DNA of 32,000 nucleotides from Candidatus Nitrosocosmicus franklandianus (GCF_900696045.1 NZ_LR216287.1:1561854-1593853); one strand, 5' to 3'. Numbered from the stretch's first letter, positions 18,630-28,976 are shown. The notes: generated from the letters alone by a model not told the origin. Numbers and translations: made by a program.

Positions 18630-21600
18630 TCATTGTGCTTCTACTTTTACCTTGCTAGGATGATTATATTTTACTACTTGAGATATTCCATTCTTTGGAT
18701 AAACTCCAAAAATTAGATCTGATTTAGCAACTGTAGAATCTTTAAGGGTTACCATTATTATCTGGTTGTTTACAGATCTGAGCAGTAGTATTTTTGATAA
18801 TCTGTCAGTATTTTGGGCATCGAGGTGGGCATCTACCTCATCCATGAGATAGAAAGGAGATGGCTTAAGTGACTGCAAGGCCAAAAGGAATACGATAGCT
18901 GCCATTGTTTTCTCACCACCGGACAGGGAAGTGGATTCTCTTGCAGGTTTGTTAGGAAACTGTACCATCAAGAGAATCCCTCCTGAAAAAATGTTATCTG
19001 GATTTTCTAATTCTAGCCAGGCGTTACCTCCAGTAATATCTGAAAACGTCTTTCTGATGTCTTCATCAACTTTCCTGAAAGCGTCAATGAATTGATTTTC
19101 TTTCTCCTTCGCTATCTCCTCAATGAAACTTATGATCGAATTCCTCTCTTCTTCAAGTTGGTTTCTTTTATCGGATAGGCCTCTATATCCTTCTATTATT
19201 TCCAAATATGTTTCATCTGCTCTAAAATTTACTTTATCTTTGATACTTTCATATTCTTCCTCTAATTCGTGATAAAGCATCTCCACATCAAAACTTTCTG
19301 ATATTACCTTGTGACCCAGTCTTGCAAGTTCGTTACTCTTATTGGCAAATTGATTTTCTAAATCTGCAATATCTTTCTTTAAAAACCCTAGATCTTTATC
19401 CAATTGATTTAATTCTTTGCCAGTTTTTTTTTCTTGTTCACTTAGGGTTTTGTTTATATTCTCGTATTCTTGTAATTTTGTATAAATTAAACTAGATGAT
19501 TGTATTATTTCATCCTCTTTCTCTCTCAAGACTTTCATTTCTAACTCGATTCTTTCGCCTTCATGTACCGCATTTTCTAAAATCTTTTTTTTCTCGATCT
19601 TTTCCCTTTCTATATTTTCATACACTTCTTTAGCTCGGTTATATAAACGTGAAATACTCTCTAAATTGTTAGCAGTCATAGACTCTGTTAATTTTAGCTG
19701 ATTTAGTTTATTGTTAAGAGATTCGATTTCAACAGTTATAGCATTCTTCTCCTCCTCTATTTTCTCGATCCTTTTATGATCAATTCTTTCTTCTATTTTT
19801 TCAATTAATAAGTTGATCCTGTTATTAGTATTTAATATAATATCCAATCTTTTTTTAAAGTATTTCAAATTAAGAAAAAGTTTATCAAGAAATAAGCTAT
19901 GTTCCTTATTTATAGCATACAGGTGATTCAAATTTTTGTGATTAGTAGTCATCGTATTCTTTGCCTCCTCTATTTTCTTTATTATATTGGATCTTTCAAG
20001 TTCGTAACCGTCTAGTTCTCTTGTTTTGGAAATGTTTAATTCATTGAGCTCATCTAATTCTAATACTCTTAGTTTGGTCAGCTCTCTTAATCTTTCCATG
20101 TTTCTTTTTAAATGATCGACAGAATCAGAGAGTAACAAATCCTTCGTAATATCGGCAATCTTTGATCCATAATCAAATTGCATCAGTGATAAATCTGGGA
20201 AAAAAATTTCTCCAGTTGTTGACACAGCCTTAAATCCTTTTTTGGCCAACAAATAAGCAGTTAACGGATTCTTTGTAAGCACGATATTTCCAAATAAGAA
20301 TTCTGATAGATGTGGTATTTTGCTAGATACAAAATCTGAAAGGACTCCTAAAACCGATGGATTGTCCTCTACGCTTTTTATCTTCTCTACTATGAGTAAT
20401 TCTTGCGGAATGATTTTTAAAAAATTTATACCTTTAGTTTTAGAAAATTCAGCAAGTGTAATCATACTTTTTATATCTTTAACTATTATAGCTTTCATCC
20501 ATTCATTCCCTGATGCTATCACTGCCTTTTGATACTTTTCGTTCCATGTCAACAAATTAAATACATATCCTATTACTCCTAGATTCTCAAAATCTTTTGA
20601 TAATGTTGCAATGGCGTAGTCTTCTATCAAACTATTTTTGGCGAGCTTGATCTTCTCATCATATTTTATGATTATTTTCTCTGCATTCTCTAAGACTTGC
20701 TTTGATGTATTTGTTTCTCTCTTCATGTTTAGGAGTTTTTCTTCTATTCTTTCTTTTTCATTTCTTAGTGCATTTAGTTCCTTATCCATATCGTTAATCT
20801 TTGATCTTGAGATACTTACTACCTCTTCAATCTCCTTATTTCTTACAAGTAGTTGATGTATCTGTGTATCATTCTCTTTTACCTTTGTTGAATAATTTTT
20901 AATATTTTCTTCTAACCTGGCAATATTAATCTCGATTTTACCTTTTATAGGTATCAATTTGTTGATTCTACCTGTCAAGAAATTCTTGTGGTTTATTTCG
21001 TCTAAATTTTTTCTCTTTATTTCATCAAATTGCTTATTTTTTGTTTCTAGTAAATTTCTAAGTTTGCTTTTCTCTTTCTCCAACAAATGAATTTTCGGCT
21101 CAATATTTTTCAACTGAATTTTGAGTTCGGTTATTCTTTTTTGATGTGTTTCTTGTTCGATCTTGTTTGTTTTTTCGTTCTCTATAAGCTGATTAAGATG
21201 ATACTCTGCCTCCTTAATTGCAGATCTTATCTTTTGATATTCAAAATTTACTGCGGATAGTTTTTTTTCATGGTTTATTTTCTCATTAGTGGAGGAGTTC
21301 GCCTGCATAAGAAATTGTTCCTTATCTTTATTGATATTTTCGATTTGAGAGTTTATTTCATCTAATTTTTTTGAAACTTCTATGCTCTTCTCCTCTTTGT
21401 TTTTTTTCTCCTCTTTTAATTCTGTAATTTTCTTTTCTATCTTATTAAGACTCCTTGATAACCTAATTGCCTTTAGCCTATTTATTTCTGATTCTATCTG
21501 CGAATATCTATGTTGATAGTTTCTTTCTTCTTCTAGCTCATCGATCCTATTTCTTACTTCTCCCATTTTAGCTAATGCAATTTCAAGCCTTCTATCCGAT

Positions 21601-22160
21601 TCCTCCAACTGTTTATAAGCTTGTTCCTTCTTTTCATCAAAGTATGATAACCCTATAATATCCTCTATAATTTTCCTTCTCTCTTCTGCGTTCAGTTCGG
21701 AAATCCTTGTGATCATTCCCTGTTGAACTATGTTTAACTTATTTGGTGAAGCCACTACAATTTCCATTAGTTCTAAAATATTATTTCTTGATACTTTCTT
21801 TTTATTTAGATAGTATTGACTTTCTCCAGTAGTGCCTCCTGACATTTCCCTTGTAATGGTAACAAGATCATCATCTATCGGGATTCCCCTATCTTCGTTA
21901 TCGAATGTCACGCTTACTTTTACTACTTTGTTATGATTATTGATCGAATCGCTATCATGAAATAATGACTGAAACTTGTCTACTCGTAGTGCCTTTGGGC
22001 TATTTTCTCCTAGGGCAAATATGATTGCATCAAGGATATTGCTTTTCCCAGATCCATTTGGACCAGTTACTGCTATTAATCCTTTTTGAAAATTTAGAGA
22101 AATATTCTTTGAACCAAATGATTTAAAACCAAAAACATCTAATCTCTTAATATAAACCAA
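18630..22160 (-). CDS. smc: chromosome segregation protein SMC
   Basis: 1176 aa. N-terminal (M)VYIKRLDVFGFKSF...GPNGSGKSNILDAI, long K/E-rich coiled coils, a central hinge (GVIGYVFNLL...), and C-terminal LSGGEKT plus DEVDAHLD. TTG start. Confidence 0.93.
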   Translation of the reverse strand: MVYIKRLDVFGFKSFGSKNISLNFQKGLIAVTGPNGSGKSNILDAIIFALGENSPKALRVDKFQSLFHDSDSINNHNKVVKVSVTFDNEDRGIPIDDDLVTITREMSGGTTGESQYYLNKKKVSRNNILELMEIVVASPNKLNIVQQGMITRISELNAEERRKIIEDIIGLSYFDEKKEQAYKQLEESDRRLEIALAKMGEVRNRIDELEEERNYQHRYSQIESEINRLKAIRLSRSLNKIEKKITELKEEKKNKEEKSIEVSKKLDEINSQIENINKDKEQFLMQANSSTNEKINHEKKLSAVNFEYQKIRSAIKEAEYHLNQLIENEKTNKIEQETHQKRITELKIQLKNIEPKIHLLEKEKSKLRNLLETKNKQFDEIKRKNLDEINHKNFLTGRINKLIPIKGKIEINIARLEENIKNYSTKVKENDTQIHQLLVRNKEIEEVVSISRSKINDMDKELNALRNEKERIEEKLLNMKRETNTSKQVLENAEKIIIKYDEKIKLAKNSLIEDYAIATLSKDFENLGVIGYVFNLLTWNEKYQKAVIASGNEWMKAIIVKDIKSMITLAEFSKTKGINFLKIIPQELLIVEKIKSVEDNPSVLGVLSDFVSSKIPHLSEFLFGNIVLTKNPLTAYLLAKKGFKAVSTTGEIFFPDLSLMQFDYGSKIADITKDLLLSDSVDHLKRNMERLRELTKLRVLELDELNELNISKTRELDGYELERSNIIKKIEEAKNTMTTNHKNLNHLYAINKEHSLFLDKLFLNLKYFKKRLDIILNTNNRINLLIEKIEERIDHKRIEKIEEEKNAITVEIESLNNKLNQLKLTESMTANNLESISRLYNRAKEVYENIEREKIEKKKILENAVHEGERIELEMKVLREKEDEIIQSSSLIYTKLQEYENINKTLSEQEKKTGKELNQLDKDLGFLKKDIADLENQFANKSNELARLGHKVISESFDVEMLYHELEEEYESIKDKVNFRADETYLEIIEGYRGLSDKRNQLEEERNSIISFIEEIAKEKENQFIDAFRKVDEDIRKTFSDITGGNAWLELENPDNIFSGGILLMVQFPNKPARESTSLSGGEKTMAAIVFLLALQSLKPSPFYLMDEVDAHLDAQNTDRLSKILLLRSVNNQIIMVTLKDSTVAKSDLIFGVYPKNGISQVVKYNHPSKVKVEAQ

Positions 22161-22258
22161 AATAATATTGTATTTACATATCTCTTTTCTTTATTATTTC
22201 TTTTTGTTCTTATCTATCAAGAATGTGTAATACTCCTAAATTGCTAGTTAATATTGTT

Positions 22259-24631
22259 TTAGTTTAATTTTTGAATGGTTATTACTTTAATGCGCGGCAT
22301 ATCTACAGATTTATCTGAACTATCAATATCAGGCATAATCATATCAATTGACCCGAGTACCTTGTAGTCGTGGTTTGGTATATGAGAAATTATTTTTTCA
22401 ATATCTATACCATGATCCACCACGATCTGAACCGTCCCCCCTTGATTCAGTTTTAAACTATACGCATGAAGTAAATTATTCAAAATCCGTTCCTTATTAA
22501 TAGCCTTTTTGGATTTATCATAAAATATCGTAACTATGAAATTATCTACAGATTTATCCTTTATAAAGGGCAAGATATTATCGCTATTACCTGGCAAAAT
22601 TTCTAAATTATCGATTTTAATGCCGGATAGTTTTGCCTGCGTGTTAATTATTTCTGCTTTGTCTTTTACAATTCCTATGAAGTATTCATTCTTTTTGTTT
22701 AGTGCGTTGCTTATTAGAAAATCGCAACTACTAGTCCTTACATCCATATTTATTTTATCAAATTTTGTTTTGGCATCAAGAATTAGACTATTTATTTTAT
22801 TGGCTGGATTTCCTTCATGAAAGAATTGATATACGTTACCCCATTTTTGTCTGAATACATCCGGAAAATTTTTCCTTGTTATAATGTCTTTAAATAATGA
22901 ACCTTCAGAAAACAATGATAAGAACCTATCGGTCCTTGAAACTGCCTCTACAATGGGAAAATCTAATTCTTCGTATAATTTAACCACTCTATTCCAGGCT
23001 AAGAGAGGGTCTGAACTTAGATATGTTACCGATAGATCTGCAAGTGATAGGATCTCTGCAATTAGGTTAATCTTTTCTACCGAAATTTCTCCGCTATCCA
23101 TTTGCTTTAGTAAGTGATTAAAGTTGTTGTATGCATTCTCATTAAATGGATAATCTGTTCTCCAAATTAAAGTTTCAACTATTTTGCTTTCTGTTCTAAC
23201 CTTTTTATCTATCAACATTTCTGGATGTGTAGTTTCAAATTCCCTTGCTGGTAACAATGGTGACTCTTGTTTCCTAAAGAACTTTATAAAATCATCATTT
23301 GTCAATTCAAAATATGCTTCATGGATTCTTTTTCTCTTTAGTTCATCTATGGTGCTAGATACTGCAGGTACTCTCAAATACTTTAGATCATGTTTGGATG
23401 TACCAATTACAGGATCATAATCATGCAGCAAAGCCGCCACCAGCATTATTTCATAATCTTTACTGGTTATGGTATATCCGTGTATTTCCTTTGGTAACAT
23501 ATTGAGGCTCATATATGCAACTTCTAATGAATGGTGGAAATTGTGGTATTCACTTGAACCTTCTCCTAAACCCAACTTATCGTACTCTTTTTTTAGGAAC
23601 TCTGTTAGTGTTCGTAGTTTATCAAGTGACAATTCGTTTATCCCCACTGCTTTCGATTTTATTAGAATCGATTCAATTAAGTAATCTAAAGACACACTTG
23701 ACAGATTTTCATTTGTATATTGTAATTGTCGTTTTTTGGCTCCTGGGAGGACATTTTTAGCTCTATTGTATACGATACGTATTGGAAGGCTTTTGTTTAA
23801 ATAAGTATAGAGAGATGTGAGTATATTTCCTGAATTCTTAATTACGGATTTTTCCTTAAATAATATTTCGTCCATTATTTTTGGAATATTCTTATTTACT
23901 TCAGATATTTTATTAGTTATCGTGTTTATTTCTGACTGAGAGAACACATTAAACCGCTTATATTCAGTATTCAATACCAACCATTGCGGTATCATGACTT
24001 TAAAGACTGGAGCTGTAGTATCCTCTACCGATCTCTTGTTTCTATTTGTCAAATCCGGTTTGGTGTTATTTTTGATTATTACGGTAACATTACCCTTTCC
24101 ATGATTAAAAGGAAGATTGTTATCCTTCACTACTTGCAATTTCACATTTTTATTTATTTTTTGTAACTCTAAAAACAGTTTCCAATATTTGCCCTTGTCA
24201 AGCCAGTGCGGAACTTCATTTTCCCTATCCCAAAAATCTACCAAACGATTGTATTCATAGCCTTCTTGTGATTTATTAGTCTCAGGGTTAAGAGTCTCGT
24301 AATCATATTCTCCTATTAGTGGATCCAATTTACGACTGGTGTACCATGTATCTCTGATCAATTTCGTACTGGAATCAAATTGTGTTTGCGCCATAAGGCC
24401 CCATATACATCCTAAAGCACTAGTTATTGAAAATAACAGATTAGACCAATTCTTATTCCAGTCAAATTTTTCATTCATAAAGAGATCTGAAAATAATGGA
24501 ATAGCAAAAATACCTGTGCTAATCATTGAAACAAAAGATAAGGAAATAAAGAAATACGCTGCATAATCATAATGTGACAAATTAAATGTCCATTTTCTAG
24601 ACTTTATAGTAGAATCATCTTCTACATTCAC
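22259..24631 (-). CDS. membrane-anchored multidomain protein: two N-terminal TM helices, an HD-type phosphohydrolase motif, and a C-terminal class-I-methyltransferase-like domain with a degenerate SAM loop
   Basis: Hydrophobic segments YAAYFFISLSFVSMISTGIFAIPLF and LLFSITSALGCIWGLMA. YHNFHHSLEV...VAALLHDYDP gives the H...HD pattern. The C-terminal IGIVKD...LEILPGNSDNILPF.DKSVDNFIV...LKLNQGGTVQIV mirrors MTase post-I to motif IV, but no GxGxG is present. GTG start. Confidence 0.5.
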   Translation of the reverse strand: MNVEDDSTIKSRKWTFNLSHYDYAAYFFISLSFVSMISTGIFAIPLFSDLFMNEKFDWNKNWSNLLFSITSALGCIWGLMAQTQFDSSTKLIRDTWYTSRKLDPLIGEYDYETLNPETNKSQEGYEYNRLVDFWDRENEVPHWLDKGKYWKLFLELQKINKNVKLQVVKDNNLPFNHGKGNVTVIIKNNTKPDLTNRNKRSVEDTTAPVFKVMIPQWLVLNTEYKRFNVFSQSEINTITNKISEVNKNIPKIMDEILFKEKSVIKNSGNILTSLYTYLNKSLPIRIVYNRAKNVLPGAKKRQLQYTNENLSSVSLDYLIESILIKSKAVGINELSLDKLRTLTEFLKKEYDKLGLGEGSSEYHNFHHSLEVAYMSLNMLPKEIHGYTITSKDYEIMLVAALLHDYDPVIGTSKHDLKYLRVPAVSSTIDELKRKRIHEAYFELTNDDFIKFFRKQESPLLPAREFETTHPEMLIDKKVRTESKIVETLIWRTDYPFNENAYNNFNHLLKQMDSGEISVEKINLIAEILSLADLSVTYLSSDPLLAWNRVVKLYEELDFPIVEAVSRTDRFLSLFSEGSLFKDIITRKNFPDVFRQKWGNVYQFFHEGNPANKINSLILDAKTKFDKINMDVRTSSCDFLISNALNKKNEYFIGIVKDKAEIINTQAKLSGIKIDNLEILPGNSDNILPFIKDKSVDNFIVTIFYDKSKKAINKERILNNLLHAYSLKLNQGGTVQIVVDHGIDIEKIISHIPNHDYKVLGSIDMIMPDIDSSDKSVDMPRIKVITIQKLN

Positions 24632-24807
24632 TTAATTTCCCTCCCAAAATGGAAATAGGGCACACTTAATTTTCCATTTGTAGATATTTAATTTGATTTA
24701 TCCCTCTTTCTATTTTATGAATGTTGTTTTTAAGATCTCTGTTTCGATACTTTGGATTGATAAAAAACAAAGATTAGGATGGATTTGCGTACATAGTGTT
24801 AATAAGA

Positions 24808-26163
24808 TTAGTAAACACTCATTTTTCTTGCTTTATCTTCGATATTGTTTATAATATTTTTTGAAGCTGAAAGCTGGGTTTGAGGATTAAAAATAACTTT
24901 CAGTTCCTCCTTGCTAATGTTTTCGATAATTTCATTTTCGCTCGTTAGTGCATCATAAAAATGCATCTGATTTTCTGCTGCCTTAAACGCTATGGATTGA
25001 ATACTCCTGTATGCCTTGAATCTTGGAAGACCTTTTAATATCAGTCCTTGAAGTACAAACTCTGCAAAAATTTGCCCTTTTGTTAATTCAATATTCTTTA
25101 CAATCTTGTCTGTGTGTATTCTCAATCCTGATATGATTTTTATCATTGTACTAATCATGTCATCTATTAGAATAGATGCCATCGGAATTATGAAGCGCTC
25201 ATTAGCAGAATTTGATAGATCTCTTTCATGCCACAAGGCAATATTTTCTAAGGAAACATTTAGATTTGATCTGATGATTCTGGCCAAAGAAGAAATCCTC
25301 TCACTCTTTATCGGGTTTCTTTTTACTGGTACTGCACTACTCCCCATTTGCCCTTTCCTAAATGATTCTTGAACTTCGTCTATTTCAGTTCGTTGCAAGT
25401 TTCTAATTTCGATCGAGATTTTATCAAGAGTAGATGCAATAAGAGTGATTATGAACATCATCTCGGCATATCTTTCTCTTGGAATTACTTGAGTAGCGGC
25501 TTCTGTAGGAAACAGGTCCAATTTCCTTGCTACGATTTCTTGAACTTCAAGTGCTTTTTCTCTCATTAGCGATCCAGTTCCGACTACTCCTAGAGTTTTG
25601 CATAACAAGAATCTTTTTTTACCCTCGCTAATTCTTGTTAGATGATCTAGTAACTCGTTTGCCCAAATAGCAAATCTGAGTCCAAATGCAGTAATACTTG
25701 CATGTTGTCCATGCGTTCGTCCCACCGAAGGCAAATCCTGATATTCTCTCGCCTTCTTAAGTAGGTCCTTTATTAATTGTTGTAATTTTGTTTCAATAAT
25801 CCTAAATACATCCCGCATTTGCATTGAAGTACTGCTATCTACTACATCATTGCTTGTTAGCCCGTAATGAATCCATGGCTTTGAACTTTCAAGACATTGT
25901 TCACTGATCGCTTCAACTATCGCTGCAATATCATGATCACTTACACTTTCTAGTTCTTTAACTCTTTGTACCGTAATTCTATTTGATAAAACCACATTTT
26001 TTATGTCATCTGCTGCAGCAGTCGGAATCATGTTTAGCTTCGCTTGTGCATCGGCCACTTCAGCCTCAAAAGTCAATTCATATCGTAGTTTTGTTTCTTC
26101 TTCAAAAATGGTCTTCATTTCTTTCGTTCCATATCTTCCGCTATCTATGGGTAAAATAGGCAT
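24808..26163 (-). CDS. purB: adenylosuccinate lyase
   Basis: Fumarate-lyase superfamily. GLTSNDV, GRTHGQHA, and the signature GSSAVPVKRNP (normally GSSAMPHKRNP). 451 aa. Confidence 0.92.
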   Translation of the reverse strand: MPILPIDSGRYGTKEMKTIFEEETKLRYELTFEAEVADAQAKLNMIPTAAADDIKNVVLSNRITVQRVKELESVSDHDIAAIVEAISEQCLESSKPWIHYGLTSNDVVDSSTSMQMRDVFRIIETKLQQLIKDLLKKAREYQDLPSVGRTHGQHASITAFGLRFAIWANELLDHLTRISEGKKRFLLCKTLGVVGTGSLMREKALEVQEIVARKLDLFPTEAATQVIPRERYAEMMFIITLIASTLDKISIEIRNLQRTEIDEVQESFRKGQMGSSAVPVKRNPIKSERISSLARIIRSNLNVSLENIALWHERDLSNSANERFIIPMASILIDDMISTMIKIISGLRIHTDKIVKNIELTKGQIFAEFVLQGLILKGLPRFKAYRSIQSIAFKAAENQMHFYDALTSENEIIENISKEELKVIFNPQTQLSASKNIINNIEDKARKMSVY

Positions 26164-26252
26164 TAGTCTAGAATCAAGTATGATTTATCTAATTTATTAA
26201 TTTAGGATGATTAATATTTGCCAAAATTTGATTACTTATCTTAAAAGGGATA

Positions 26253-27731
26253 ATGTCTGGTTCATTAGTAACAAAAAATGGTAAAAATGTAGTTAATAAG
26301 ATTTCAGATAATCAATTTCAGATAGAAAAGGATAGTTCACGTGGAATGAATGTTCCAGTAACAATATTTGCAAATGACATGCTGATATCCAAAATGGCAC
26401 TTGATCGAACACTAGATCAGGCAGTAAATGTCACAACTCTTCCTGGTGTTAGAAAGCACATGGTTGTACTTCCGGATGGACATGAAGGCTACGGATTTCC
26501 TGTAGGTGGGGTTGCTGCATCTGATTTCGAAGAAGGCATCATTAGTCCTGGTGGGGTTGGATATGATATTAATTGCGGAGTTAGATTGATTCGAACGAAT
26601 TTGTTAGAGTCCGATATCCGTTCGAATCTTAAACACCTGGTAGATTCGTTATTTTCGTCTATCCCTACTGGTGTAGGAAGTGAGGGAGCTATTAAACTGA
26701 CTAATGCGGAGCTTGATGATTTGCTTATAGATGGTGCGCGATGGTCGGTAGAACACGGTTATGGTATAGATAGTGATCTGGAAGCATGTGAAGAGGGCGG
26801 GAAAATGAATGGAGCGGATCCTTCTGACATTTCTACAAATGCAAGGAAAAGAGGGTCAATGCAATTGGGGAGTTTGGGTTCGGGAAATCACTTTCTGGAG
26901 ATCCAAAAGGTAGACAAGATACTTGATAAGAAAGCAGCAAATATAATGGGTATTACACAAGAGGGAGAAATACAGATTCTCATACATTGTGGTTCGCGTG
27001 GATTTGGACACCAAGTTTGTTCAGACTATTTGAGATTATCAGAACAAGCTATGAAAAAGTATGATCTAAATGTAGTGGACAGAGAATTAGCATGCGTACC
27101 CAATAATTCAACGGAGGGTGAAAGTTACAGAAAATCGATGTTCTCTGCACTGAATTTTGCTTGGGCAAATAGACAAATGCTTACCCACTGGACTAGAATG
27201 ACATTTCAAAAGGTTCTAAATTTAACTGAGCAAGATCTAGAAATGAAATTAGTTTATGATGTGTCTCATAACATTGCAAAGGTGGAACGTCACAAAATTG
27301 ATGGAGAAGGGTCTCGCGATTTAGTGGTACATAGAAAAGGAGCCACACGCGCATTTCCTTCTGGAATGAAACAACTACCATTAAAATTTCAGTCAATCGG
27401 TCAACCAGTAATTATTCCAGGCTCAATGGGTACTGCTAGTTGGGTTCTTTTGGGCTCTACAAAATCTATGGATCTTAGCTTCGGGTCAACTGCGCATGGA
27501 GCAGGTAGAACCATGTCGAGATCAGCTGCGAAAAGGATGCATACTCTTGATGGTGTGAAGAAAAAACTGGAGTCAAGAGGAATATACGTCAGATCTTTGA
27601 CCAAAAATGGACTAATTGAAGAATCTCCTGATGCATATAAAGACGTAGATATGGTAGCCGATGTGTCACATAACGTGGGAATCGCTACAAAAGTAGTAAG
27701 ACTCGTTCCTCTGGGAGTTATTAAAGGTTAA
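26253..27731 (+). CDS. rtcB: RNA-splicing ligase RtcB
   Basis: GVGYDINCGVRL, GSGNHFLE, HCGSRGFGHQV and HGAGR, which carries the nucleotidylated His. No intein. Confidence 0.95.
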   Translation: MSGSLVTKNGKNVVNKISDNQFQIEKDSSRGMNVPVTIFANDMLISKMALDRTLDQAVNVTTLPGVRKHMVVLPDGHEGYGFPVGGVAASDFEEGIISPGGVGYDINCGVRLIRTNLLESDIRSNLKHLVDSLFSSIPTGVGSEGAIKLTNAELDDLLIDGARWSVEHGYGIDSDLEACEEGGKMNGADPSDISTNARKRGSMQLGSLGSGNHFLEIQKVDKILDKKAANIMGITQEGEIQILIHCGSRGFGHQVCSDYLRLSEQAMKKYDLNVVDRELACVPNNSTEGESYRKSMFSALNFAWANRQMLTHWTRMTFQKVLNLTEQDLEMKLVYDVSHNIAKVERHKIDGEGSRDLVVHRKGATRAFPSGMKQLPLKFQSIGQPVIIPGSMGTASWVLLGSTKSMDLSFGSTAHGAGRTMSRSAAKRMHTLDGVKKKLESRGIYVRSLTKNGLIEESPDAYKDVDMVADVSHNVGIATKVVRLVPLGVIKG

Positions 27732-27759
27732 ATTGGACATAGGAGGAAAGAATCTAGTT

Positions 27760-28215
27760 ATGGATGATCCAGATCTTGAATTGATCAAAGCACGGAAGAT
27801 GAAGAAATTACAGGAACAATTGGCATTCAGAGAAAGACAGGAACAAGAAAAGGCAAAGATTAGGGACAAGAATAATTTGGAACTCCAAAATCAAATAAAT
27901 AAACAAAAATCTGATGAACTTGATTCCGAAAGGAAATTTTTACTACATCACATGTATGATAGGGGCGATGAAGTTCTAAAACTTGCAGAACAACAATTTC
28001 CATTTCAAACCAAAATGATCATCAAGAGGTTGAACGAGTTGATTCGGTTCGGAGAAATTTCTAGAATATCTGGTGGTGATCTGCTAAGTGTTTATAGATC
28101 GCTTGGAATGAAGATTAGGGTCGATACTCACATATCCATATCAGATCATGGCAAAACAATAAGCTTTTCCGATAAATTAAGAGAATCAACATCTTCAGAA
28201 CAGGATGCTGAATAA
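27760..28215 (+). CDS. PDCD5/TFAR19-like DNA-binding protein (PF01984-like), extended
   Basis: MDDPDLELIKARKMKKLQEQ plus a charged helix, then L..........L..L....P.......I..L..L...G.IS.ISGGDLL. This fits archaeal PDCD5 homologues as I recall them. AGGAGG sits 13 nt upstream of this ATG. The ORF track starts at the upstream TTG at 27733. Confidence 0.5.
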   Translation: MDDPDLELIKARKMKKLQEQLAFRERQEQEKAKIRDKNNLELQNQINKQKSDELDSERKFLLHHMYDRGDEVLKLAEQQFPFQTKMIIKRLNELIRFGEISRISGGDLLSVYRSLGMKIRVDTHISISDHGKTISFSDKLRESTSSEQDAE

Positions 28216-28355
28216 TCCTAATTTGAGTAATTAGTGTACACACTGGTAATGTTTGGCATCATTTTTTAGATTCTCAATAATGGCTGACTGAAAAATAATA
28301 CATATACTATTGACAATACCTAGCCTGGTCTAAAACTACTATTATTAAATAAACT

Positions 28356-28370
28356 AAAAAAATAAAAAAA
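28356..28370 (-). terminator. oligo-T terminator of amoC copy 2
   Basis: The same A7-T-A7 plus-strand tract as copy 1. Confidence 0.5.
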
Positions 28371-28375
28371 TTATT

Positions 28376-28939
28376 TTATGGGATTGATCTGCTGTAGAGC
28401 TTTCCTTCTAATGCTAGTTTGTACATTTCTGCTACGTATGGATTTCTTGCAGGAGTTTCAGCTCCAAGCTCCACCAAACGTGCGTATACTCTGACCACAT
28501 AGGCCAAAGCACCCATAAATGCTACTACTACACCCATGTTAAACATCCAGTGGTTTGGTACTGAGAATATCTCTTCAACGAACCAAAAGTGCCACATTTC
28601 GTTGATACCTATGGTAAACATGGTTGCCAAGTAACCGATAATGGTGATCTTTAGACCGGTATTCATTGAGTTGTTTGGTCCTCGTAGTACTGGAACTCTT
28701 CTGTCATACATTGCAACAAATCCCCAGCCTAAGGGAAGTGCAATAAAGTGACTGTACAACCACCAGTGTGCTGGTGTAAATGCACTATCTCTGATTGCTG
28801 TTTGGTGAAGAGATCCATCAACAAAGTTGTCTACTTCGACTGATGCAGCAATAGATCCTAGCATAATGACCATCAAATAGATCTTTTTTAGTCTTTGAAT
28901 TTCTACTTCTTTTGGAATTAGTGCTGGCATTTGTGCCAT
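28376..28939 (-). CDS. amoC: ammonia monooxygenase subunit C (archaeal type), orphan copy 2
   Basis: The protein is identical to copy 1 at all 187 residues, and the nucleotide sequence is identical as well. Confidence 0.95.
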   Translation of the reverse strand: MAQMPALIPKEVEIQRLKKIYLMVIMLGSIAASVEVDNFVDGSLHQTAIRDSAFTPAHWWLYSHFIALPLGWGFVAMYDRRVPVLRGPNNSMNTGLKITIIGYLATMFTIGINEMWHFWFVEEIFSVPNHWMFNMGVVVAFMGALAYVVRVYARLVELGAETPARNPYVAEMYKLALEGKLYSRSIP

Positions 28940-28969
28940 TTTATCTTCAACTTATCTTCATTATTCTAG

Positions 28970-28976
28970 TATATAA
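28970..28976 (-). promoter_or_regulatory. candidate TATA box of amoC copy 2
   Basis: Same sequence and spacing as copy 1; it lies inside the repeat. Confidence 0.4.

Noticed and set aside
20320-24566. Multiple 60-94-aa ORFs antisense to smc and to the 790-aa gene
   Set aside because: Shadow ORFs on the opposite strand of long genes with K/E-rich or biased composition. They have no motifs and no independent start or stop context.
24647-24679. Inverted repeat AAATGGAAA ... TTTCCATTT (16-nt spacer) just upstream of the 790-aa gene start
   Set aside because: It may be a regulatory hairpin or operator, but a single 9-bp A/T-rich inverted repeat is not strong enough evidence without conservation data.
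27733-27759. Upstream TTG start given by the ORF track for the PDCD5-like gene, and the expectation that the gene after rtcB would be archease
   Set aside because: The ATG at 27760 is preceded by AGGAGG at suitable spacing, and the family N-terminus (MDDPDLE..) begins there. The sequence shows none of the archease features I know, so archease was not called.
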